From positions 111,352,001 through 111,416,000 of the forward strand of contig OZ024745.1 of the NCBI GenBank assembly GCA_964016885.1: 64,000 bases of DNA. The letters are read 5' to 3'. Position numbers and translations under genes: made by a program. How positions within the stretch are numbered: the first letter of the stretch is position 1; the number at the start of each line of letters is the position of its first letter. The DNA is from Eledone cirrhosa (lineage: Eukaryota). This document shows, piece after piece, positions 13,597 to 25,036 of the stretch. The notes beneath the pieces were generated by a model. The model had not been told where the DNA came from and ran no database searches. It saw only the letters and a program-made list of their open reading frames with translations.

Positions 13597-13686
13597 TTTT
13601 GATAAGTGTTAAAAATAGATGCATTGACCAGGAGCTGTTGATGGTACAGAAGCTTTTCAAGAGCAAGCCAATTAAGACTCAATCAG
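13597..13686 (+). other. candidate 90-nt phase-1/phase-1 exon of an unidentified gene
   Basis: Acceptor TTTTAATTTCATTTGTTTCCAG| and consensus donor CAG|GTAAGT. One open frame, LISVKNRCIDQELLMVQKLFKSKPIKTQS; length divisible by 3. No recognised homology. Confidence 0.45.
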
Positions 13687-13696
13687 GTAAGTATTG

Positions 13697-14280
13697 AGTA
13701 TATATACAGTGCAAATATATGTTAATTCAGAGCTTTTGTTGCAGTGGTTCCTGCACAGATTTAATAAATAACAGCATATATATATAGTGCAAATATGTAA
13801 AGTCAGAGCTACGACTGCAGTAGTTCCTGCATAGATTTAATAAATAATAGAGTATATATATATAGTTCAAATATGTAAAGTCAGAGTTCTGACTGCAGTA
13901 GTTCCTGCATAGATTTAATAAATAATAGAGTATATATATACAGTGCAAATATGTAAAGTCAGAGCTCTGACTGCAGTAGTTCCTGCATAGATTTAATAAA
14001 TAATTGTTTCTACTTATAGATTTAATAAATAATAAAGTATATATATACACAGTGCAAATATGTAAAGTCAGAGCTCTGACTGCAGTAGTTTCTGCATAGA
14101 TTTAATAAATAATAGAGTATATATATATATATATAGTGCAGTGATTCTTGCACAGATTTAATAAATAACTGCAGTGATTCCTGCACTGATTTAATAAATA
14201 ACAGAGTATATATACAGTGCAAATATGTAAAGTCAGAGCTCTGACTGCAGTGGTTCCTGCACAGATTTAATAAATAAATA
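13697..14280. repeat. ~76-78-bp minisatellite, about 7-8 units, some truncated
   Basis: Unit GAG(TA)nCAGTGCAAATATGTAAAGTCAGAGCTCTGACTGCAGTAGTTCCTGCATAGATTTAATAAATAATA. Confidence 0.95.
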
Positions 14281-14724
14281 ATAAACTTAATTTTTAAAAA
14301 ACTATATAATAAGCAGGCAGAAGCTAACAACAAAAAATGAGTGGATAAGATAATCAGATAGGTTGATTAAGATTAGTCTTAGACAATATGACAGCTACAT
14401 CTATCTGTGTATATGCACCAGAAGATGAACTTGCAGACGAGCAGAAAAACCATATGACAACCTCTCTAGTACTGGTACCATGACAAAATGCACCCAGTAC
14501 ACTCTGCTTGTTAAGTGGTTGGTGTTAGGAAAGGCATTCAGCCATAAAAGCCATGTTACAAATTGAAACATAAAAGAGAGCCATGGCCTTCTAACCTGTT
14601 TACAAGAGCAGTGATTCCAAAGATGAAAAGACTTATACCATTACAACCTGTTCAAACAATACAAGCCTAGAAAATGGACAGAGGAGGAGGGGGGGGGGGG
14701 TCCTCATTATCATCATTATTAGGT

Positions 14725-15089
14725 TTGGCAGTATAGGTAGAATGTCAGACACCATGCTTTATAGCATAATTATGGCCCTTTACATTCTGAGTTCAAGTCG
14801 TTCTGAGTTCAAGTCCCACCGAGGTTCACTTTGCCTTTCATCTTTACAGGTCGATAAAATAAACCAGCACAAATGCACAGGAATAATTGCTGGCCTTGTA
14901 CCAAAAGTAGAATTATTGGCAGTATCAGTAGAGGGTTGGACGCCATGCTTTACAGCAAAGAATTACGGCCCCTTATGGTCTGAGTTCAAATCCCGCTGAG
15001 GTTAACTTTGCCTTTCATCCTGAGAGAATTGATAAAATAAAGTACCAGTAATACACTAGGATAATTGCTGGCCTTGTGCCAAAAGTAGA

Positions 15090-15130
<41 letters not shown>
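14725..15130 (+). mobile_element. two head-to-tail CORE-SINE family A copies with (ATT)n tail
   Basis: Two successive A-box/B-box/CORE/tail units (14725-14915, 14917-15130). Confidence 0.9.
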
Positions 15131-15134
<4 letters not shown>

Positions 15135-15749
15135 ACAAGGAAAGAGAGATTGGTGAAGGAGCAGAATGTAACATTTAGTATCTGTGGCGGTATGTGGTTT
15201 TGTGGTTAGGCTGTTCAATTCACAATCGTAAGGTTGTGAGATTGATTCCTGCCTGTACCAGGCAGCACATTGTGTCCTTGAGCAAGACTCTTTATTTCAC
15301 GTTGCACCAGTGGTCTGAGGACTTATCACCACTTTCTACTGTATTAACAATATGTTGAGGCTACCTCTCATTTCTCCACATCAGGATCAGATGAAGTTGT
15401 CTTTCTTTCCCTTTTTTTTATGATCTGAGTTCAGATCTCATCAGTATCAACATTACATTTATATTCTTAGTTGGATGTAGATAAAATACAGTACCAGTAA
15501 TACACTGAACCTGATTCAATCAACTATACCTCTCTCTCCATAAAAATGCAGACCATGTCCCAATGTAAGAAACCAATGCTGTTATGTCAAGAATTATATG
15601 GTTAACTGCTGTTCCTAATACTAACTAATCAACCATGAATTGAGAATGATATCTAGTTCATTTTGGTTTAATTCTGTTCCCTGAAGCAAAGAGAATAATG
15701 CCACAGCAGGGTTTGTTAAGCATCACTGTCACTTTTTCATTTCCTCACA

Positions 15750-15752
<3 letters not shown>

Positions 15753-15807
<55 letters not shown>

Positions 15808-15965
15808 TCTCCTCACACACACACACACACGCATACATTTTCTTATTTCCTACATTTCACTGTGTGCATGCATGTGTTTGGATGGATTTGGATGAGAGAG
15901 AGGAGAAGAGGCAGGGGACAGAGAGAGGAGAGAGTGAGAGTGGTGGGAAGAGTGATGAAGAGATT

Positions 15966-16057
<92 letters not shown>

Positions 16058-16058
16058 T
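15753..16058. repeat. (CT)n/(CA)n and (GA)n microsatellites in inverted arrangement
   Basis: Seen directly. Confidence 0.95.
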
Positions 16059-16810
16059 ATTCCAATTCAACACAAGACTTTTGAATCTCCATTTAGTAAT
16101 CATACAAATTATTTGTATTCAAAGTAAGTGAGAATATGACAGAGTGAAAACTGTGTCTCATAGAGAAACAAAGGAGCTGTAGTAATAGACCTTGATAATA
16201 ATTTAAATTGAACCAAGGTATAAAATTGTTGACAGTCACACAGAAGATTTAATTAAATAATGACAACCACAACATACACCACCACCACCACTAACTCACC
16301 TACAGCAGCACCACCACAACTATCATTGATTTAATGTCAGTTGGTATGGGTCCTCAGGCTGTGCATTACAGAACCTCTTTAAAGTTTCTATCACCTCAAC
16401 TGTCAGGCCCATCCTCAGATACAACTTCATCACTCATTCAAATGATTTTCTTGTTCTTCCTTTGCTTTAGCTATCACTCACTATGAACATATAGCATTTT
16501 TCCACTCAGAATATCACCCATATCCGTATCAGTGTAATCAGCTCTCATAAAAGATCCAAAACATCATGCTTTATAACATTACACACAGCATAGGGAATAC
16601 ACCCATAAATCACATAGCAAAAGAAAAGACTGTCAGGACATACGTATATTTTGTTGCTGTAGCTAAGTCCAACTGTCTCATTACATTCCAAATACTGATG
16701 AAATCACCTCCAAATACCCAGACATATCTACAAACAGTCCAGAACTCAACTACAACTCAAGCATATATATATAAATTTGAGCAACTTCCATCCATCCGTC
16801 CTTCCATCAC

Positions 16811-17707
16811 ACACTAGAGATGATTGAGGAAGGAAGGGGTGATGACGTCACACTCTAGAGATGATTGAGGAAGGAAGGGGTGATGACGTCACACACTAGA
16901 GATGATTGAGAAAGGAAGTGGTGCTGACGTCATGCACTAGAGATGATTGAGGAAGGAAAGGGTGATGACGTCACACACTAGAGATGATTGAGGAAGGAAG
17001 GGGTGATGACATCACACACTAGAGATGATTGAGGAAGGAAGGGGTGATGACGTCATGCACTAGAGATGATTGAGAAAGGCAAGGGTGATGACGTCACACA
17101 CTAGAGATGATTGAGGAAGGAAGGGGTGATGACGTCACACTCTAGAGATGATTGAGGAAGGAAGGGGTGATGACGTCACACACTAGAGATGATTGAGGAA
17201 GGAAGGGGTGATGACATCACACACTAGAGATGATTGCGGAAGGAAGGGGTGATGACGTCACACACTAGAGATGATTGAGGAAGGAAAGGGTGATGACGTC
17301 ATGCACTAGAGATGATTGAGGAAGGAAAGGGTGATGACGTCACACACTAGAGATGATTGAGGAAGGAAGGGGTGATGACGTCACACACTAGAGATGATTG
17401 AGGAAGGAAGGGGTGATGACGTCATGCACTAGAGATGATTGAGAAAGGCAAGGGTGATGACGTCACACACTAGAGATGATTGAGGAAGGAAGGGGTGATG
17501 ACGTCACACACTAGAGATGATTGAGGAAGGAAGGGGTGATGACATCACACACTAGAGATGATTGCGGAAGGAAGGGGTGATGACGTCATGCACTAGAGAT
17601 GATTGAGGAAGGAAGGGGTGATGACATCACACACTAGAGATGATTGAGGAAGGAAGGGGTGATGACATCACATGCTAGAGATGATTGAGGAAGGAATGGG
17701 TGATGAC
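16811..17707. repeat. 41-bp minisatellite, ~22 highly similar units
   Basis: Unit ACACTAGAGATGATTGAGGAAGGAAGGGGTGATGACGTCAC. Confidence 0.98.
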
Positions 17708-18000
17708 AAATTACAGAAAACACCATCTAACATTCACTACACATGTGTGTACAATCTATATATAAATTTGAGCAACTTATTTTTGTAAGTGTATATTTAT
17801 TTGCATGTTTAGAATAATATACTCATACACGTGTCAGTATAAAAAATAAATCACTCCCTGATATTCAGTTATTCTTTCAACAACTCCTGTTCAAAAGATG
17901 CTTGCATTGGTTTCATCATGTACCCTAACATCCATGTACTGAAAACAATTGCAATGTAGTCACAACAGATTGACTGTTTTAAGTGGCAGGATAGTCAGCT

Positions 18001-18404
18001 TCTTCTTCTTCTTCTTCTTTTCATATCTTCGAAGCATGTGGTTATATGACAGTTTCCCATTTCTTTACACAGTCCTTTGCATTATTATTAAATTCTGCGA
18101 GATCTTTTAAGTTGCCCTGGTTGGGTAGTAGAGGGCAAACAAGGCAGTGCTGCATCGTATGGTCCTCCTCTCCGCAGCATTCGCAGATGGTTGGGCCTCG
18201 GTCTTGTAGCCCCATCTGGCCATAGCAGCTTTGGATCGCCCCATTCCTGTTCTCAGGCGGTTGAGTGTCTTCCACTGGACCCACGGTGCTTCTGAGCCAG
18301 GCAGGAGGGCTTCATAAGGGGGGGGGGGGGATTCCCATGTCAATAGGAGGGGAGTCATTCTCTAGTTTTCTAGTCCATAGCTGTAGTCTGGTTTCTTCCT
18401 GATG
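18001..18404 (-). mobile_element. 5'-truncated LINE (I-group, Ingi/Vingi-like) 3' end with C-terminal CCHC motif and (GAA)n tail
   Basis: WKTLNRLRTGMGRSKAAMARWG, then after a frameshift CECCGEEDHTMQHCLVCP...KKWETVI*. Short 3' UTR, (GAA)n tail, direct repeat GTCAGCT at 17994-18000 and 18405-18411. Confidence 0.8.
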
Positions 18405-18459
18405 GTCAGCTGAAAAGATGAATTAGTATGATCAAGAAGGATCTTGAATTGATACTTAA

Positions 18460-18668
18460 CCCTTTCATATTTAAACTAGTCGTATCTGGCCAGAGCTCAC
18501 TCACTTCTTTCTGTTCAAACCAGCCATAACCGGCTGCTCATACCGATGTTAAGGTATTGTTCTCAAAATAAATAATATAAAAATCTCATAGATTTGATAT
18601 TATTTGAGATAATTATGTGAGGTAAAGTCTTTACCGTGAAAATATAGAATAGTGTAAATGTTAAAGGG
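18460..18668 (+). mobile_element. piggyBac-like TTAA MITE family 1
   Basis: TTAA|CCCTTT ... TAAAGGG|TTAA with the family-1 interior. Confidence 0.9.
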
Positions 18669-21600
18669 TTAATCCTCACAAATATAGAATTCACTGCTCA
18701 AATCATGACTGACTGATGACCTCTGAATTGGATGTTTGTGATCATCTAGCATGGTTTGCAATGCAGTGAAATCACTGGTTGAAGCTGGCTCAACTCCTTC
18801 CAAGTGACTGCCAACAGAAGAGCAAAGTAAATAAGTATATTCAGCTCAAACATAAAAACACACAAACATAGCACCAATAGTCATATTAGGATATCTCCTA
18901 AGCATTGAATGTGGGTGAACCCCCACCAGAACCTATAGATATCTACAAATAAACTGTACAGTGGGGAGAGAGTTAACATGTCCAGCCTGAATGCCTAGCT
19001 ATCAGGCTTGACTTATTTTTGTAATAAGAATATCATATTTTTTAACCATTTATCTCATTTCAACAGAAGATGAAATATAACTTTTTTCTACATTTACAGT
19101 GGCTACATTTCAATAGGCTTTCTCTTAACTCATCATTATTCGAGGCGATAAAGATTTTTAGTTTGAATTCAGTCTGATATAATGTAGATCCAGGAATAAG
19201 CCACCTGATAAGTAATAGAAGATAAAACTGATTGAAATGTAGTGTAAATGTAAATATTAAAAAATATGGAACATAAGAGCAAGAGACAGTTATCTAACCA
19301 GTTTAGCTTCAGAATGTGCCAACCTGTCTAACCCATGGAAAATAGATGCAAGACAGTGGTTATGATGTTTCATCTCTAGAAAGGGGGCTAACCCTTTTGA
19401 TACAAAACTACTTGAAACTGGCCCTGTTTCTATGGTATAAAACAGTGTTTTAAAGTGCTTTTATTGATCTATGAACTTTCCATCAAAGTTTGATGTAAGA
19501 CCCTTTGTTAAGCTATGTTCCAAATGCTAGCTTAAAGTACTTATATTGACCTAAAAACTTCCCATCATAGTTTTAAACTTGGCAGAGCCCATCCCTCTTC
19601 AGGTCTAAACACCAAGAAAGATAGTAAGTGAGAGAGAGAAAGTTAGAAAGGGATATAGAGGAAGAATCAACTGCAGTAATAGACTGGTACTTTTTTTTTT
19701 ATCAACCTCGAAAAAATGAAAGGCAAAGTTGACCTCGGAGAATATAGAGAAAGCAAAAAACGGTTATTTTAAAAAGAAATATTTCAAGGAATCAAACCAG
19801 GATCAGAGATCATCTCCAGATCAAGACAAAAGACATTCTGAAATGAATATAACTTCGAACTCATAACTTTGCAGTTGATAAACCAGCATCCTAATGTCAC
19901 CTTTCACTTGATATTTTAGTCAATCATGAAGTAAGCATTTGCAACTGACATGATGAAGACTTCAGATCTTGTAACTCAAGTATTTTATGAAAAATAAAAT
20001 GAAAATAAAAGAAAAATGAATACCCCTTCCCATTAAACTTTTTCAAACACGAGTGTCAAAAGAGACTGGAAAATGACATTGTAAATTCATTATAGAGGAG
20101 GTAGGATATGAATGAAACCATCTTCAACACTCTCAGAACAGACTGAAGCTAATATGAAAGATCACACACATTCTCAGTACTCTCACTTTTTATGCTCATT
20201 CTAATAAACAATAGAAATGGAAGGAATTAGAATCATACTAACAAACTCTTTGTGGGGTTTTTTTTGTTTTATTTTTACACTAACATCAAAATAGTTTCAA
20301 AAAGATTGATTGAGCAAATTCTTTTTTCTTGTCTTTCTTGCTATCATTAGAAAATATGTTGTGTATCTTTTTTTTAATTGCTGAATACTAAAATTAACTT
20401 CATTTCTCTGTTGTTTTCACAATGATCAAAACTCAGGCATTATTTACCTTTTTTGTGACAAATATTTTTAACAATGATTTAAAAATAGAAAAATTTTTTT
20501 TTAAATTGTTTGTTTATATATAAACTGCATTAAATGACATGCAATATTATGTTTTAAACTGGAAAGATGAGAAAAGTACAGATGTTAAATAGTGTGAGAA
20601 AAAGAAAGATCACATAAAAGCCTAGAGTAAAAATGAGCAATAAATAAGAGAAAAACCCGTACTTAATGTCTTTCTACAAAACATATTTACAGTTCCTTTG
20701 AAAGTTTTTAACAGTCTTGTGTTGCTATGATTTCAATATCTCGAAGACACATTTAGTCAATTTTTTTTTTCATTGAATTCAAAACTATATATGAAGAATA
20801 TTTGCCTAGTGACAATACTTTCTGCATGAGTATATCAAAACAATTTAGAACACACACATAAATGGTTTTGTTTTCTTTTTAAGCATATACATACAAAACC
20901 ATACAGAAGCATTAATGAGATATTTTCAGTTAATTAGCTGAAACACTAACTGAAGATTTCATTATATAAACAATGGGATTTTAAAGAATAAATAATAAAA
21001 TTTTAAAGGGCAAACAATTTGATTTACAATAGCATCTTGATCATTGTAAATCAAATTAATTCATTAATGCATAGTGTCCCCAAAACAGTCAGGAAATTAT
21101 GCAATTAAATTAAATATACAAATTAAGCATTATGCATTAATGGGTTAAAACAAAGAAGAACATGTTTATTGCAATTTGATTTATAATCAACAATATACTA
21201 TTCCTACTCTACATATCCCTGATTTATGTCCCTTTAAGGTACAAAGACGTGGGATGGAAAAAGGACATTAAACAGTGATGATGATGGTGATGATGATGAT
21301 CATCATCATCATCATTTTACGTCCGCTTTTCCCTGCTTGCAAGGGTAGATAGATAGATAGATAGATAAAGACATGGCATATTATGAATTGATGGAGTTGG
21401 GGGGAAACAATGCAGCCTTTACAGAGAGTCAAAATTGTTGTTTACACCAGAATTGCAGGATCAAGAATCGTCTGGAGAAGAGTTTTAAACAAAACAAGTG
21501 TGTGTGTGTCTGCTCTGTACTGAGAGAATGTATGTGCTTGGATATATATATATATTCAAATACATATTTTTGTCATGTTCCCCCCTCACTTTCACTTAAT

Positions 21601-22099
21601 TTTAATATATTTTGACATTTATAAATACAAAAATATGTATTTGAATATATATATATATATATATCCAAGCACATACATTCTCAGAGTATAGGGCAGAGCC
21701 AATAAACAAAGATACACAAGAGAAATCACTGACAACGACTTCCTTTCTTGTGCACACAAAGTTTTATTAATAATAATCTTTTCTAAAGGTCACAAATTTG
21801 AAAGGAAGAATAAGTTGATTAAATCATTTAGCACATTTTTTTTATCAACCATGGAAGGATGAAAAACAAAGTTGATCTTGGTGAGATTTGAACTCAATAT
21901 AAAAGGGTTGTAATTAATTGCCAAAAGGTATTTTGTTTTATGCTCTAAAAACTCTGTCAATCGACCTCTCTTAATTCTATTAGTAATAATGGAAGCTTCT
22001 ATCATCTTGATTTTGCTGACTCTACAATCTAGCGTAAAATTTGAAATAGTTTCCATAAGAATTTGGGTTTAACAGGTTTTACCATTAAAAAAAAAATGT

Positions 22100-22452
22100 G
22101 TGTATCGTTTTTGTATTTGTTTGGAAGATTTTTTATCTGAAAAGGCATGTTGAAACAGATACCGTTATACTTTGGGATGGTCATGCTACCAATAAAAACA
22201 CATGTACCAATTGGATTTCACTTCAATTTATTATTAAAGACAAGATGGTATTGGTATAAAACCCCCCCAAAAAGAGATACAAAGTAACAACAAAAGTAGT
22301 CACTGAATGTGTGAATGTGTGATGAATGAGCTTTGATATCAACAATTAAAAAAAAACAACTGGGAAATTATAATAATAAATTGAAGTGAAACCCAATAGG
22401 CATGGTGCATGTGTTTTTATTGGCAGCATGACTTCCCTAAGTATAACAATAT
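22100..22452. repeat. tail-to-tail pair of a dispersed repeat (GTTATACTTTGGGA.GGTCATG.T.CCAATAA.AACACATG...TTTCACTTCAATTTATTAT)
   Basis: 22163-22236 (+) and 22371-22447 (-) are reverse-complementary; further copies at ~41980-42115 (+) and ~50473-50595 (-). Confidence 0.8.
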
Positions 22453-23103
22453 ATGTGTGTGCGTGTGTGTGTGTGTGTGTGTGTATTATATACATATATA
22501 TATATATATACCACATTATAAAGTGGTCGTGTAGGTGTGACGACAAAAAGCACCCAGCCCACACTGTAAAGTGGTAGTGTAGGTGTCATGACAAAAAGCA
22601 CCCACCAAACACTGTAAATCATCATCATCATCATCGCCGTTTTACGTCCGTTCTTCCACGCTAGCATGGGTTAGACGGTGTGTAAATGTGGTTAGCATTA
22701 GGAAGGGCATCCAGCTGTAGAAACCAAACCAAAAGTAGTTCTGTTAGAGCAAGGCATGGTCCCCTGACCTGGCATTTCTGACAACAGCACAACTTGTCTA
22801 ACCCATGGTAGCATGGAAAATGGACATTAAACAGTGATGATACATATACACACACACACACATATATAAATATATATATATATATAGATAGATAGTCTGT
22901 GGTGTGGGGCCTGGAAAGACCACAAATCAGAGTAGAACTTGATACCTGGTGTGATGCAGAGTGGGTATATTAGTCAGGTAGAGAATCAACAGTGAGCTCA
23001 GGCAGTTTCGCAGTTTCAGCTAGTTACCTATTTCTCAAGGTAACTTGTCGAAACCACTTCATCTCATGGTTGATCTTTTACCTCACTAATATATATATAT
23101 ATC

Positions 23104-23397
23104 GAAAGGTTGTGAGTTCAATTCTCAGACTGGGTGATGTGTTGTTTCCTTGAGCAAGACACTTTATTTCACATTGCTCCAGTTTACTCAGCTGTAGAAA
23201 TGAGATGATAGGGACTGGGGTCCATATCATTCCACTGCAAAGTGGTCGTGGAGGTGCCACGGCAAAAAAGCACCCAGCACTCACTGTAAATGAGGTTGGT
23301 GTTAGGAAGGGCATCCAGCTGTAGAAATCAAGCCAGAATCAGTTCCGGTCCCACCCTTGCAAGCAGGGAAAAGCGGACGTAAAATGATGATGATGAT
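23104..23397 (+). mobile_element. composite SINE: family-B head plus (GAT)n-tailed retroposon 3' module
   Basis: Head CTTGAGCAAGACACTTTATTTCAC, then AAGCACCCAGCACTCACTGTAAA...TTAGGAAGGGCATCCAGCTGTAGAAA...GGACGTAAAATGATGATG. A very similar copy lies at 51490-51795 (-). Confidence 0.8.
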
Positions 23398-23518
23398 TAT
23401 AATAACAATAATAATTATCATTATTATTATTATTGATACTCTGCTCCTCACGAGCATTGAGTTCTCATCTTGGCATACCGCCTATGGACGCAATTAATTT
23501 GCACCTCTAATATCTAAT

Positions 23519-23546
<28 letters not shown>

Positions 23547-23553
<7 letters not shown>

Positions 23554-24247
23554 TATGTACACGTACATACATATATGTATACAGACGTACAGTAGTATTT
23601 ATATATATATACATACATGCACACATATATATATGTACGTATGGATTCACCGAACATTTATTATAATGCTTGGTGTGTTTGTAAACAAACATCCCGTATT
23701 AAGCCGTAGTGTCTAGCAACCATCGTTGCTCGTTTGTTCAACACTGACAGAGGAACGCTGTACTTATATTTAAGTAACAGCCGTACTAAGAGTGGGAAAT
23801 GAAATTTTGTTTCATTTTTTCCGTTTATCGTTTTCGGTGCACCCGGCCGATTAACCCACTCGATATGCAAATTGGCTACTCAGCCGTTAATATGCATAAG
23901 GTAAGTATATATGTTCAACAATCTGGCAGCAAGGTATACGTTGCTGACGAAAGCTAATAAGCTTGAAACTAGTACAGCGTTCCTTTGTCAGTGTTGAACA
24001 AACGAGCAACGATGGTTGCTGGACACTACGGCTTAATACGGGATGTTTGTTTACAAACACACCGAGCATTATAATAAATGTTCGGTGAATCCATACGTAC
24101 ATATATATATGTGTGCATGTATGTATATATATATATATATACATACTACTGTACGTCTATATACATATATGTATGTACGTGTACATACTTATATTTAAGT
24201 AACAGCCGTACTAAGAGTGGGAAATGAAATTTCGTTTCATTTTTTCC

Positions 24248-24253
<6 letters not shown>
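23547..24253 (+). mobile_element. non-autonomous Penelope-like/retrozyme element: inverted arm plus 425-nt partial tandem unit, in (TA)n
   Basis: 23547-23760 is the reverse complement of 23975-24194. 68-bp direct repeat at 23761-23828 and 24186-24253 (1 mismatch). Central hammerhead, CpG-rich, no ORF. Confidence 0.75.
23938..23980 (+). ncRNA. type I minimal hammerhead ribozyme, intact core, predicted cleavage after A23974 (GUA)
   Basis: ACGUUG CUGACGA AAGCU-AAUA-AGCUU GAAA CUAG U A CAGCGU: 6-bp stem I (one G-U), full CUGANGA/GAAA core, 5-bp stem II, palindromic CUAG stem III. Confidence 0.85.
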
Positions 24254-24321
<68 letters not shown>

Positions 24322-24789
24322 AATTCAGTTCAGACCCACTCTGAACATCTGTAAGTCAATATCTACTGCAAGAACATTGTTGAGAAGAGAACCAGGCCTA
24401 ATTTGAATGCTGACAATAAAGTGAACTCTGCTAGACATCCAAGGACCAAGAAATGTTGTCAAACTGGGCACTGTGTTAGGATTACTACTCTTATAAATTC
24501 GACCCAATTTACAAAGTCCTCCATTTAATTAACTACTTTAACAGCTAAATACTGTTATTCTGGTGATTTTCTGTAATAGCTGTTCATTTCAACATCAAAT
24601 CAAGCTTTTCATGGCCTTAACATCAATGATCTGTTGTAAATTGTTATTAACATCACAAACTACACAGGCATTTTGTATAAAATACTTTCATGCAATGTTT
24701 ATGCACATATACAGACATAGAGATATAGACAAATGCACACATTCCAAAACCAAGCACAGTAATCAGCAATTATATTACACACAGGATAA

Positions 24790-25036
24790 AGGAGAGAGAG
24801 AAAGGAGAGGTGGGAGAGGGAACAGAGAGAGAGGGGGAGAGAGAGAGGAAGAGGAAGGAGAGAGAGTAATAAGGAAGAAGGAGAGAGAGGAAGACAGAAG
24901 AGAAAGTAAGATGGAAGAAAGAAGAAGGAGAGAGTAAGAAGGAAGAAGGAGAGATAGGACGAAGGAAGAAGGAGAGATAGGACGAAAGAAGAGGGAGAGA
25001 GGAAAAAGGGGAGAGAGAGAGAGAGAGAGAGAGAGA
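24790..25036. repeat. GA-rich low-complexity tract
   Basis: Seen directly. Confidence 0.95.

Noticed and set aside
16811-17707. CRISPR-like regular array
   Set aside because: Head-to-tail units without unique spacers, eukaryotic context, no cas genes.
19060-19204. Minus-strand candidate terminal exon (WLIPGSTLYQTEFKLKIF...CSHCKCRKKLYFIFC*)
   Set aside because: A plausible acceptor plus 47 open codons can arise by chance in 64 kb; no partner exon or homology recognised.
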